Positions 46,101 through 57,805 of a stretch of DNA of 64,000 nt are shown one piece after another. The translations under genes were made by a program, and so were the position numbers. The stretch spans positions 1,305,767-1,369,766 of the forward strand of contig CAJINV010000001.1 of NCBI GenBank assembly GCA_905178155.1, given 5' to 3'. The DNA comes from Amoebophrya sp. A120 (taxonomy: Eukaryota > Protista > Dinoflagellata). Positions within the stretch are counted from its first letter, which is position 1, and every line of letters begins with the position of its first letter. The notes beneath the pieces were generated by a model. That model had not been told where the DNA came from, did no database searches, and was given only the letters and a program-made list of their open reading frames with translations.

Positions 46101-49100
46101 CGAAATCTGGGGTGGAAATGCTTCCGAGTACCCCCCTCCTCGGCGGCTCCTCCCGGGGTCGGGGAGGCGCGGAACCTTCCCTGAGGGGATTTATCCTCTT
46201 GCGGGCCCGTAAGGCTCAGGTCTTGCTCATCAGCTGGCGAAGGCGGAAAGGTAAAGTGGCCATTTCAAATTTCCTTCGATGAGGGAAAGTTGAAGTGGCC
46301 ATTTCAAATTTTCCTCGATGGGGAAAGTTGAAATGGGCAACTCGATTTTCCTTCGATGAGGGAAAGTTGAAGTGGCCACTTCAAATTTCCTTCGATGATT
46401 CAACGGGCGCGCGGTGCTCGTTCGCCTTCGAATCGATGCAACGCGCGCGCGTGCATGAATGCGCGCGCGAAATTTTTTTTGGTTCTACGGCTTACCAAAA
46501 CGGAGCATACCATCGCGATTCAAGGGGAATTAGGTTTACCACGGCTCTCCCTATTGACCTATTCTCCCTATTCCGCTCTCCCTATTCCCTCGATTCACTA
46601 CAGTCATATATACAACAATCCCTACAACGACGCAGTTTACGGACACGGGCAGATGATGGCCCCGAAGACAGACCAAGCAGTTAATCTATATACTATAGGG
46701 GCAAGAAATGTACTTGCTCCTCCCAAAGCTTCTGAAGGTTTGACCTTCTGAAGAGCTTCTGAAGGAAAAAACTTGATTTTCAACCTTCAGAAGGTCAAAA
46801 AAACTGGCCGGCTATTTTTCAGTGTAAAAAGCGCAGCATGAGCTCGCGCAAACGAAATCATCGCTCATTTTTTGCAACCTTCAGAAGGTTCAGTCTTCTG
46901 AAGGTTTTTTTTCACCTTCTGAAGAATTTTTTCGATTTTTTGACAAAAAATTCTTCAGAAGACTAAAAAAACGACTTTTTGAAACCTTCAGAAGGCAGGC
47001 ATTCTTCTGAAGAAGTGCGTTTTATGCCGACGTCCGAAACCTTCAGAAGACTGCCATTTTTTAAACTCAAAAAATGACGCAAAATCAGGACAATCAAAAA
47101 AAACTAAGAAAAACCTTCAGAAGACTAAAATTTCTTCTGAAGGTTTTTCGAAAATTGTCGCACTTTGACAAAAATGAAAAAAATAAAAAAAACACACCTT
47201 CAGAAGACTTTGATTTTTGAGTCTTCTGAAGGTACATCTTCTGAAGAACCTTCAGAAGGTCCAACACAATTTGGTGTTTTTGTTGCGCGCACCCAACTAA
47301 AAACTCGATTTTTTGTAAAAACGTGCGCAAAAAACCTTCAGAAAGATCTTCAGAAGCTTCGGAGCTTTTTCTGTTGCGCCGCCGATTTGTTGTTCGAGCG
47401 CCAAAAGCACTTTACTGCCACCTGTTTTTTCCTAAATGCAAGAAATATTATGAATGGGTCTGTCAAGTATTTCTGTTTTCTTGTTGAGGATTTTTTCCAA
47501 GCGGTGGACGGCAGAACGCAATGAGATCGAAGTTGCTGCTCCGCCTCAAGCTCATTTTTTTTTTGTGCTACGAGTGGATTTACGACATGACGCTACGAGG
47601 AGGACAAGTTTATGGCGGACGCTGCGAGAAGCAGAGATCAGGCGCAAACTGGACAACCAAAACTGAACGAGCACCTCGGCACTCTATCCTTAGGCAATCC
47701 TCAACAACAAACATGAAAATACTTGACGCGCAAATATTTTTTTTCTTTCATAATCGACGGGAAGAGCAAGTACGAGGCTTGCCCCGCGACGCAGTCGCGT
47801 GGATTGGTTCTTACGGACACGGGCAGATGATGGCCCCGAAGACAGACCCAGTTAATTGAAGGACTATAAGGGAAAAAATCAAAACTACCTTCAGAAGAAA
47901 ATTCTTCAGAAGACTCTTCAGAAGAGTCGACGAACCTTCTGAAGGTTCTAAAAAGAGCAGTTCAAAAAACGACCAAAGTTGAAAGGGAGTCAGATCCTGC
48001 GCCGCGAAAATTTATTTTTTTTTGTGAACCTTCAGAAGGTAATTACCTTCAGAAGGTCTGACTTTGACCTTCAGAAGGTTTTTGATCAAAAAAATCTTCT
48101 GAAGGTTTGGCACGCGTTGGCTTTGGACCTTCTTGAAGGTTTTGACCTTCTGAAGGTTAGTTTTTCAAAACCTTCCTGAAGGTTAAAAATGAAAAGGGTC
48201 GCTTTTTTCCAAAAAATGCAAAAAAAAAGGGCCAACCTTTTTTGACCTTCTGAAGGTCGAAAAACCTTCAAGAAGGTCTTCTGAAGGTTGGAGGCTGAAA
48301 ACCTTCTGAAGAATTCTTCTGAAGAAATGTCGGCTCTTCTGAAAGTTTCTTCAGAAGGTTTCTCCTGAAGGTTTGCCGAGCGTTCTCCGCGATGAGAAAC
48401 AAATTGCGCAACGAAAACGCCGCGACAGTGGCGCGAAAAAAGTGCAAAAGTGAAAGCTTTGCCAAAGCGCAACGATTCCGGATCTGATTCTGCAACAAGA
48501 TGCAAAGTGTCTTGTTGCAGAATCAGATCTCCGCTTCACCGGATCCGCAGCAAGGCCAATGCGAGCGATGCTGCCCTGCGTTCATTGACTCTTGCGGGCG
48601 GTACGCCGCCGGAAGCTAGTAAGCTAGGGCGCTCAGTCTCTGGAAGCTAGTAAGGCCAATTTCTCGGCTGGGCCAGGGGTCTGACAAAAGTTGAAGCCAT
48701 CAAAAAGGGCAAAAGGATTCAGGATCTGACTACGTAAAAAAACTGCAACGCTTCGCCTTTCCTGATCTGGTGCGCAGCTTTTTCCTGGGTTCATGAGTTA
48801 CGCCACGAGACGCACCAGGCGAGCTTTTTCCTGGCTTCTTCCTGATCTGACCGGCCCTCTGAAGAGTTGCCAATAAACCCGGCCACTTTTGTAAAGCGAG
48901 ACGCGGCAGCGGCCCTCAAAGATGGGGGCTAGAAGCCGGCCGCCTTTGGCTTTTCCAAATTTGGCCACCCTGAGAGAAACCAGACGGGGCTACTTTATTA
49001 GGGGCGAAAAAGATTTTTTCAAGACAGACACAGAATGTGACAGAGATGCGGGCCAATCTTAGTTCTATTCTGAAGAGTTGTCGCATTTTTTCCCACGCGG

Positions 49101-52076
49101 CGCACGCCGCGTGGATTGGTTCTTACGGACACGGGCAGATGATGGCCCCGAAGACAGACCAAGAGTCCTTCTCTTCCAGTTCCTCGGGCGGATCCCCGTT
49201 TTCGCGCGTACCCGGCCCTGGCTTTGCGTACTCTCCGTTTTCGTCCACACTGCCGCCGGAGGGCCGCGTGGGAATAATCAATGCAGCTACCGGGGGAACC
49301 GGAACAAGTAGGGGCTATAATAATCTTCACACCGCCCCGCGACCGCCGGTAAACTACATGTCCTCGAAAGAGCACGTTGTGCAGCCTCCGCTTTACGGCT
49401 ATGGAAATCTTCATGCCGATGCCGGGCCCGGGGGCGGTTCTTTTCAACAAGCGCCACATCAAGGGCAACATATTTACAACTTGCAGCCCGAAGATCATGT
49501 TGACACTTCTGTGTATAATCATCATTCTGGCCGCCCACCAGCAGCAGAAATTGCCGACTCGCAAGTAGAGCGGCCAGGAGCTGCTGCGACGGCGACAGGG
49601 GCGCACGGACCGTTCTACAACCCGCCGGGTGTCGTGGGTCGAGTGGCAGGACAAGAGAGGTTCTTTAATGGGAACATGAACAACATCAACGCGCAAAATG
49701 ATTATACCAGCGACAACTACGGACACGCACGACATCCTCCTGCAGGGGTACCGAATTTGATTCCGTCTGGCGCCACCTCCGCGACGAATTTTTCCTCGCA
49801 CTACTCGCAGGGAGGTTTGTCGTCCTTCGTGATGCCAGCAGACCCATACGCCGGTCCACCGTGGGCCCCCGCTCCATCGCAGTTTTTGTCCTTGCACGGC
49901 CCGGGGTTCGTGGCGCAGGGAGACCTTCCCACGAGTGCGCTCCATTTTGATCATATTCCCGCTTCGCACCAACACCAAGCCGGGAGGGGAAGGGCCGCGG
50001 CCCAACCAATGTCGGTGAAGATCTTTCCTGGTCAAGAACTACATGCTCCTGCTGCAGCTCCTCCAACAAGCGAGACGATCGTTCCAAGAACGATCGTGGA
50101 GCAACGAGAGCCGAACCAGACGGCCTCTAGAAGTACTACAGTTGTGCGGAAAGATTTGGAGATCAAGCCGAAGCGACTTTGGAACGACGATGATCCCTGG
50201 ACGTCGAGTGTGATCCTCAGTGAAGATGAGGAGGACGAAAGAGCCGCTCAAAAGTTCCTCGGCCCCTCTGGACAGTTACAGTTGTCCGGAAAGAACAACT
50301 CTGCGGGACTACAGTGGGAAAGTTTCCTCGGTCGCATCAACGACGACAGCAGCGACGGGGAGGCACACTGGCTGGACGACGAGGTGGAAGATTTTGTTGG
50401 AACAAAACCCCTATATGCCACCACCAACCAGGAGACGCAAATAGAGACAGCCCTGCAGGTAGCGAAGCCGGGTACTGCGGGTCGTGCACTGCGGCTCAAT
50501 CTGGGTAGTAGTCGTTCCGCAAATAACGACGCGACTTCCACGCTGCCTGGAAAGAGCCGAAACCCATTTGCGGAAGTTGTAGAGCTGCCCGGGGGCAGCT
50601 CGAGCTTGCTAAGTAGTGGAGGAGGGCGGGGCAGTAGTACAACGACCGAGATGATGATGAATTCTGTGGCAGTAGAGGACACGACGTCAAGAGGACATTA
50701 TCATCGTCATCATCATCATCGTCTTTCTAGCGGACAGCAGACGACTTTTGAAGACTTGAAGATTCAAGTTCAGGAGATTCTGAATGCAGTAGCGGTCGTG
50801 AACAGAACAAGCAGTACTTCTGGTTCATTTGGGAAGATGCCGCGACAAACCGAGACCACGACGCCAAAAATTGCTGACCACGACGTCCACAGTAGAGGCC
50901 AACAAAATAGTATTAAACTGCCTTCCACGAAGATGAAAGAACTACAAGCCCCTGCAGCTCATGTGCTCTCCGGCACTGATCTGCACCTGTCCTTGAGCAT
51001 CCGACAGCAAATGACTTTCTACGACGAAGACCACGCGCGCAGGCCCGCCCTCTGGTTCGATCCCGACCGCGAACAGAAACTGAAGCTCGCCGCGGAAAGC
51101 GAACGGCAGAAACGGTTTGCGACGTTGCTGCGCAGTGTGACTCTGGATCAACAGGCCGCGCCGAGCGTCGACGTGCAGGCGGTGCTGCGGGAGCATAAAG
51201 AAGGAGCAGTCTTGGTTGTGAAGACTGATGCTACAAAGGAAATAATTAAAACCGCTACTTGTAGTTCTACCGCCGAGTTGATGTTGAATACAAACAGTAC
51301 TAGCGGGAGGTCCTGCGGCTTCAGCGGGGGAAAAATCCTGAATGGGGACGTCGAAAACAGTTCAAATTCTTCTATCCTATGTAGAAACGTCCGCACCCCA
51401 GAGTCAAGATGGGGAATCGGCTAGACAAATCGACAAGTTTTGGCTGTTTTGCATGACAAATTTGGACTCGTAGTGTAGTGCTGTTGGAGGTAGTTCAGCA
51501 GCATAACAGATCTAGTATACCATTCTGATTGGAGCATGACAAATTCCAAAACACGAATAGAAAACGCTTCTCTATGGGGCTCTGCATGAGAAACATTCTC
51601 AGCATGCAGATTTGCATTACAACTGTGGGATGGGGACGTTTTTAAATACGATATCTTCGTCCCCTTCGTCAGGAGATCTACTCTGGATGAACGGGGAAAA
51701 GAACGACCCGAAAAAAATAAATGGTGCGACCATTCTTAGTTCATCTTCTTCATCATCCTCCGCTTCCAGAACTGTGGAGGAACAGATGGCTTCACCACCC
51801 CCACCGCCACCACTGGAGAAAGGAGTAAATGAAAAGACAGCTGTATACAGTGCAAAAGTGTATCGTCTTCGTCCGAGGAAGTATCTATGTTGAATCGCAT
51901 GACAAATTTTCTCACAAAGAAAATTGGTAGTTGTCATGCATGGCTAGTGCTATTGGCATTGGTACGAGCAGTTGTACGATATTATCTGTTGCAATGCATA
52001 AGCTGCTGACTCTGGCGAGGTGAAGGCTCCCGTGAACGCGGGTTTTTCAGAACTGTTGCAGTTCGCAGCATCCTGA
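43116..52076 (+). CDS. Protein with an N-terminal C2-like domain and a long low-complexity tail, interrupted by five introners and three long-duplication inserts
   Basis: C2-like pattern LLEVEILEGSGF..MQFNN..VYFTLIHKRMFSDHKRCGEAFVKL..AGSLQVRISY. ORFs 43116, 45037, 49037 and 51612 join in one frame (..KFLH|TKRN..NNPYNDAVYGHGQMMAPKTDQESF..) when all inserts are removed. Confidence 0.7.
44481..44640. mobile_element. Introner family E
   Basis: Family E ends; TSD CGAAG. Confidence 0.9.
44698..44990. mobile_element. Introner family A (degenerate)
   Basis: TATGCA...TGCATA with decayed family A TIRs; TSD AGCGA. Confidence 0.85.
45652..45854. mobile_element. Introner family J
   Basis: TATCCACGAAAAGAAC...TTTTTCTTGGATA; TSD TCCAT; inverted relative of 58449-58657. 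Confidence 0.9.
45970..46612. mobile_element. 643-bp insert flanked by a 60-bp exact direct repeat
   Basis: 45910-45969 = 46613-46672; subterminal (ATAGGGAG)n versus (CTCCCTAT)n inverted arrays. Confidence 0.8.
46245..46396. repeat. Four tandem ~39-bp palindromic units
   Basis: Unit GAGGGAAAGTTGAAGTGGCCA(T/C)TTCAAATTTCCTTCGAT with core palindrome TTGAAGTGGCCACTTCAA. Confidence 0.85.
46678..47810. mobile_element. 1133-bp CTTCWGAAG-rich insert with long target duplication
   Basis: Starts CAGTTAAT, ends hairpin+ATTGGTTC; duplication 46637-46677 recurs at 47811-47848 (38 bp) and 49123-49163 (41 bp). Confidence 0.8.
47849..49122. mobile_element. 1274-bp CTTCWGAAG-rich insert, same termini as 46678-47810
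   Basis: Starts CAGTTAAT, ends CGCGTGGATTGGTTC; 38-bp duplication 47811-47848 = 49123-49160. Confidence 0.8.
51373..51653. mobile_element. Introner family C
   Basis: Family C ends; TSD TCTTC. Confidence 0.88.
51844..52000. mobile_element. Introner family E (degenerate)
   Basis: TATACAGTGCAAAAG...TTGCAATGCATA; TSD AGCTG. Confidence 0.85.
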
Positions 52077-52853
52077 AGATCATGCGTGTGAAGGATCATC
52101 GTATGCGCGTTTTATACTAACCGCATCTAGCTATTTCTAGGAGTAGCATGCTGGCATGCGACAGACGACGAACATACTAGGTTATTTTTCACGACCATGG
52201 ATATTACAAGAAGATAAAAGAGAAACACACGGTGGAGGTCCTCGCAGCACTACACAAAGAGCGCGCGTTTTTGAGTTGATGTTGATGCTTTACCTAGTTG
52301 TCAAACGACTAGCATGAAGATTTTTCATGGCAAGAAGCATGTTTCAAAGGATCTTGTTTTGCTCAACAGATTTTGATGTAGTTAAAGCAAAAATATAGAC
52401 GTAGTGTTCGCGCAAAAAACTTCTGTGTCGTTCAACTCGTGACCACCGCATGGTTGGAAGAAAGTGCAAGTCGTGTGAATTATGGTGTCAGACAAAGCTG
52501 TGTACCAATAGAATGGAGCATGATGAAACAAGTAGAACAATGACGATGTGAGGACAAATAGAGACTGCTGCGGCGTTTCAACCTGAACTGCTCAAGAACT
52601 GGAGCAGGTAATTTCTACCACCTACACGTTGTAGAGCACTGAAGATAGAGTGCGAAAAGAACTTCAGAATTTGTGTAGAAGTAAAAATTCCAGTATCACC
52701 AGTATCTGTATCAGTAGGTGAAAATAAGCAAAGGAAGTTGTAAGTAGCATAGCGCATGAATATGAAAATTGTGTGTTTACAACGTCGACCACGATAGACA
52801 ATTTTCATATCTGTCGTTTGATCTTGTACTTGAAGCGACAACAAATAGACAAA

Positions 52854-55800
52854 ATGTTTGTGAATCCGTTGAGTGGTGTCGCCATGGGCGGAATGGGAGG
52901 AGGTGGCATGTTCGGAGCGGCCCTCCCAGCTGCCTCGCCAAACGGAGACGGTACCGGGGTTTATGTTGATAGTACAGAGGTGGACGCAGTAGAGGCACGG
53001 CTGGGCCACACGTGATCATGAAACAGGAGGGCCAGATACAGATTGAAGTTGGTACGACCTTGCGCAATATAAAAAAAGCCATGATCAAATACAAGCGTTC
53101 TTTGATTCGAATTCAGGTACTCCGGGCGGCGGCGCCTCTCCGTTCGGCGTCGGTATCATGAGAAAAAAGTGTTACAGATACACATTTGTTGGAGTTTCTG
53201 CATCACAAATTTTCTCTTAATGGCAGAGTAAACATGTAATGCGAAGATCATAAGGGAAAACAAGAAGGAAACGAGGTTCCCAAGCATTTCCTGCATGAAA
53301 AAGGTTGTCTGTGTTGCCGGTCTTGCATGACAATGCGTAACTGTAACACTTTTTTCTTGCGATAGTCGGGGGCATGATGCCACTGTCCCAGAGCTCTGCT
53401 GCTGGCGGCAATATCAAATGTAAAAATGTCTGGGTCTGGAAGAATGCAACTTGTGATGCTACATTTGGATTCCAAAAAAATCTGTATTGCATGAGTAGCA
53501 AAGGGAGTGCAATTTCTGCTACGCTGAGAAGACATTTGTCATGCGGAATAGGCATCAAGAAGCCCTCAGGAAATCTGTATTGCTAGGGTATGCATCACAG
53601 ACATCAGGGCTAATGCAAAACGTGCATGACAAGTGTCAGAATCTTCCAGACCCAGACATTTTTACAGTTGATAGGCAACGCGCCCAGGCAAAAAAACTTC
53701 GCACTTCCTGTCACAATCAAGGCACTGAAAAACGGGGAGCGAGGTAAATGAATGTGATGAATTATTTTTCTAGGGGAACTTTCACTTAAATATTTCAATG
53801 TGTAAAATAAAGTGAATCTGAATTATGTGTTGGAGTGTCTGCGTTTTTGCTTCAATGTTTTTCCTTACCTTTCATCGAGCAAGGAATCAATATGCACGTC
53901 GCGGCGTGAGAGGGAGCAGCAGAAATTGAATTCATACGAAACTACTACAGTTGATGACAAAGAGTACAAAGTGTACGGCGTCGTGAACGCCAAATCAGTG
54001 ATGCTGGTGGCCCAAATCGTTACGCTGAAGCGTGTATCCTGAGTAAGAACGTCCCGACCCCATAGTAAAGATGGGAAATCTGCTAGACAAATCAACAAGC
54101 CGTGGTAGTTGTTGCGCATGACAAATTTAAGCTAGTGCAGTGTAGTCGTGTTGAGCTAGTGCAGCAGCATCGCAGAGCTTCTTGCGCGTCGTGCTGATTC
54201 GAGCACCACAAAGCTCAAGACACCACTAGAAATAAACGCTTCTCAGCATGGGTCTCGTCCGCATGAGAAACGCTTTGAGCATGCAGATTTTCATGACAAC
54301 TCTGCGGTGGGGACGTTTTTACTCCGGATAGCGTGGCGGCCAAATGACGGAGATGGTGCTCGATGACTCAACGGACTATGAAATGTAAAAATGTCTAGGC
54401 CTGGAAGATTGCAACTTGTGATGCTGCATTTGGATTCCAAAAAAATCTGTATTGCATGAGCAGCAATGGGAATGTAATTCTTGCTACGCGGCGAGGGCAT
54501 CGGCTTCGGCATTTGTCATGCGGATAGGCATCAAGAAGCCCTCAAAAAATCTGTTATGCTATGGCATGCATCACAGATATCATGGCTCATGCAAAACGTG
54601 CATGACAAGTCTCAGAATCTTCCAGACCCAGACTTTTTTACATTTGATACGGACACAATAACGGCAACATGGTACTTACTACAGTGTTGCGAATGCTGCG
54701 TTTCTTGTCAACATTGCAATAGGAATTATGTACTTCTAAATATGTTCAATTAATAGATACTTTCTGGCTTTTTCTTGTTTGTGTTTTATTTAGTGACGAC
54801 CTAATATGACATCAAACACGAACTTGTTTTTCTTAAGGTTCGGGCAACCCGCAGACTATTCGGTAATCGGCGATATTATATCCCCAAAAAAAAAAACTGT
54901 TACTGTAACTGGCATCCGTCTTAAACAGGAACCGTTGCAGAGGACTTAGCATTCCGCTCCCTACTAGGAAAAGCTGCGACTTGATGTCAGAAGCATTGAA
55001 CAAAGAGAAGATCTTTCCCCTCCTTGCATCTGTTTGTAGATGTTCTTGAGCATGACAAAACATCAAGACGTTCATTCTCAGAGATGAAGTTCCGCGAGGA
55101 CACAAGTTGAGCCTGTAGCAGTTTCAATATTTTCAGTCGATAGATTAAGGAGAAAATGTACATTCGAGTGGCTTGCTCGCTGCGCACAAGAAATATCGAA
55201 TGCAAAGATGTCAACTTCTTGGTCTGCACGATGGATTTTTGTGCAGCGTTTCGATCTTCACGTAGATGGTCCGGATTGTACGCAAAAGCATTTCAATTTT
55301 TGCCTTTATTGCGCAAGCCTCTTGATGCCTGAATTGCAATTGCATGAGAATAAATTCGATATTTGGGTTGCAAGAGATGGGCAGCAACTTCTGGCGCCGC
55401 GCATGCAACACAAATAATTCATTTTGCGTGATTCAGTTCGTGCATCACAAGTTTGCATCCACTTACTTTACAGACCCAGACTAGTACATATTTGCAATGC
55501 ATAAGGAAGGACGAGGTACAACTTTCTGCACAGCACATCAATGTAGCAAAGGGCGACGACATTGCCCACCACTTTGCTGACGTCGCATACACCGCGTTGA
55601 CCTACATAAAAGGTAAGAATTCATATTTTTAAGTATCTTCATCTAGGCCCTGACCAGTACTTACAACCTCTCCTCCTCCTCCCCGTTCGTCTCGCATCCG
55701 TGAGAATGGAATTCGATACCGATCAGCTCTGGACGAATCGCTTTGATGCTGTGAAGATTTCGGAACAAAACAACTCCAGGTAAAGCTAAATCCGATAGTA

Positions 55801-56505
55801 CCAGCGCGCCCGCTTCGCAGTCGCAGCCGGGACCGAGTCCAACGGCACCCACTGCTGTGCCACCAACCGCAACTGGGGATGTCACCATGACAGACGCAAC
55901 GCCAGCGGCACCCAGCACGGCTGCCGCTCCTAGCACGGCCGTTGCGGCGCCACCACCAGCCGCCCCAACAAAGGAGCTGAAAGCCCTGATGCAAGAGTAT
56001 TATTTTGCATTCAGCATACTCCTTGTTGTTTGTTGTTGTTTTCCGCTTAGCAAGCAGGATGGAACTTCTACTTTATATTTCGTGATGGAACTCGAACTTC
56101 TACAATTTTAATTTTTGGTTCTAATATTCATTAGATTCGAATGAAACAACTTACCATCAGGTGCTTGAAGGCTAAGGGCGAAACGGGTGGAACTTATGCG
56201 GAGGTGGAAGCATACTGCAAATCGCAATACAGTCCCGAATATCCACTGCAAAAGTATCGTACCTTTAGTACTACTAGTCGCATCAACAATGCATGACAAA
56301 TTTGGTTGGCCACCTGAATCTGCATGAAAAAATATCTAGTTCTTGACTGAAAGAATTTGATGATGTCATGCTGATTATACTAGGACGATGCAGTACTTTT
56401 GTAATGCATACCGAGGAAATCAAGAAGCTATGGGAGAATCTCATCGACGAGTGCGACTTGTTTGCAACCATCGACGACGATCACTACAACTTCGGGGATA
56501 TGTAG
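52854..56505 (+). CDS. RPA2: Replication protein A 32-kDa subunit (multi-exon)
   Basis: Gly-rich N-terminus; OB-fold blocks LPVTIKAL, VMLVAQI, MVLDDSTDTITATW, YIRVACSLR, DDIAHHFADV; winged-helix end IKKLWENLIDECDLFATIDDDHY; stop TAG ends at 56505. Start tentative. Confidence 0.85.
53154..53364. mobile_element. Introner family K
   Basis: TATCATGAGAAAAAAGTGTTACAG...CTGTAACACTTTTTTCTTGCGATA; TSD GTCGG. Confidence 0.9.
53412..53673. mobile_element. Introner family A
   Basis: Family A TIRs; TSD GGCAA. Confidence 0.92.
54035..54330. mobile_element. Introner family C
   Basis: Family C ends; TSD GCGTG. Confidence 0.9.
54377..54649. mobile_element. Introner family A
   Basis: Family A TIRs; TSD CGGAC. 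Confidence 0.92.
55194..55503. mobile_element. Introner family A (degenerate)
   Basis: TATCGAATGCAAAGATGTC...TTTGCAATGCATA; TSD AGAAA/AGGAA. Confidence 0.82.
56240..56410. mobile_element. Introner family E
   Basis: Family E ends; TSD CCGAA/CCGAG. Confidence 0.87.
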
Positions 56506-56512
56506 GGGAGCT

Positions 56513-56771
56513 TATGGATTGTAAAAATGTCTGGGTCTGGAAGGTTGGAACTTGTAATGCTAGCTTTCCATACCTAGAAAATCTGTATTGCGTCACTAAC
56601 AAAAGGAAAAGTCGCAGCCTCCTTTGTCATGCAAAAACGCAGTTTCTCATGCGGATTGCCTATGAGAAAGCGTTTTGGGAAGTTGTCATGCCGGACTGCA
56701 TTCGGAAGTGTTTTTATTATGCACATTGCAGCATCACAAGTTTCCAGACCCAGACACTTTTGCATTTCATA
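56513..56771. mobile_element. Introner family A in the RPA2 3' UTR
   Basis: Family A TIRs; TSD GAGCT; 7 nt separate it from the stop codon. Confidence 0.9.
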
Positions 56772-57805
56772 GAGCTACAGCTAAAGCAATTTACCGCGGT
56801 CGGGGAGCTGCAGCTAAAGGAGCAACTACTACGTCGCATTTGGTCAATGAGCAGGTTCACAGACAGGAATCAATTGTTTATGTCACAAAGAATTTGTGTC
56901 ATCAAGAAGGAATCAAATTCTCACTCGCACAGATACGCATTCCTGAATTTATCTTACCCGACATTGGTGAGCAGGGCCGAGATCGTTGCGGATTTATTTC
57001 GGGTTGCGTTCTTCGTGTGTGTGACTCTGAGTGTGTGTGAGAGTGTGTGCTTAGTTACCACGACAAGAATAGCTGACCGGTGTTGTTACGTTACGAGAGA
57101 AGCGACTATTTATTTATTCAGGGTCCTCGTCGAGCAGCTTCATTCCCTGCTTCTTGTCGTTTTTCGTTTACGTATTTACGAAAGCGATGAGTGTGCGGCA
57201 CACTACTTAGTACGAAACTGATCTATCGTGCGGATGTTGAGGAATGGATAAGAATTGTTTCGGCCAAGAAGATGCGGGTCCACCCGGTCGGGGAAAGCAA
57301 AGATGACCCAAGAACACAAGATCCGAGCAGGCCTGATTTCCCGTCTCCAAACCTGACTCCGGCAAGCAAACCGCGGGCAACATGAGCCCTTGTCTACACG
57401 TACTTTCGCTTTTTGTGCCGCTTTTCTGGCAAAACCAGACACACAAGACGATTATGCCTCTCTACAACTGTCATTGCATATTCATTGCTTCGGTCAGACC
57501 CTGTAGTTTACAGTATCAGTCTCTGTGAACGATTGCTTCGAAGTGCATCAACGGCTTCAAAAAACAGGTACGGTGACCAATTTTTCGGTGACTCGCTCTC
57601 AACCGCGAAACAACTAAAAAGCGGCTACTAGGGCTACAGCTACAACATCCTACGACTCCATATCCAAGTTCTTTGTTCTGGTGGCCGGTGCCGGCTGCTA
57701 CCTTAAGAACTTATGTCGCGGGGATATTAATCCTCGTACTGCATAACTTCTACCAGCAACCTCGTCCTCCTGAATCAACAGCACTCCTCTCCGCGCAAAA
57801 ATAAA

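Noticed and set aside
47787-47795. CGACGCAGT in the insert matches the 9 nt upstream of its insertion site (possible guide sequence)
   Set aside because: It is part of the terminal hairpin, and the sister element at the same site lacks the match; probably chance.
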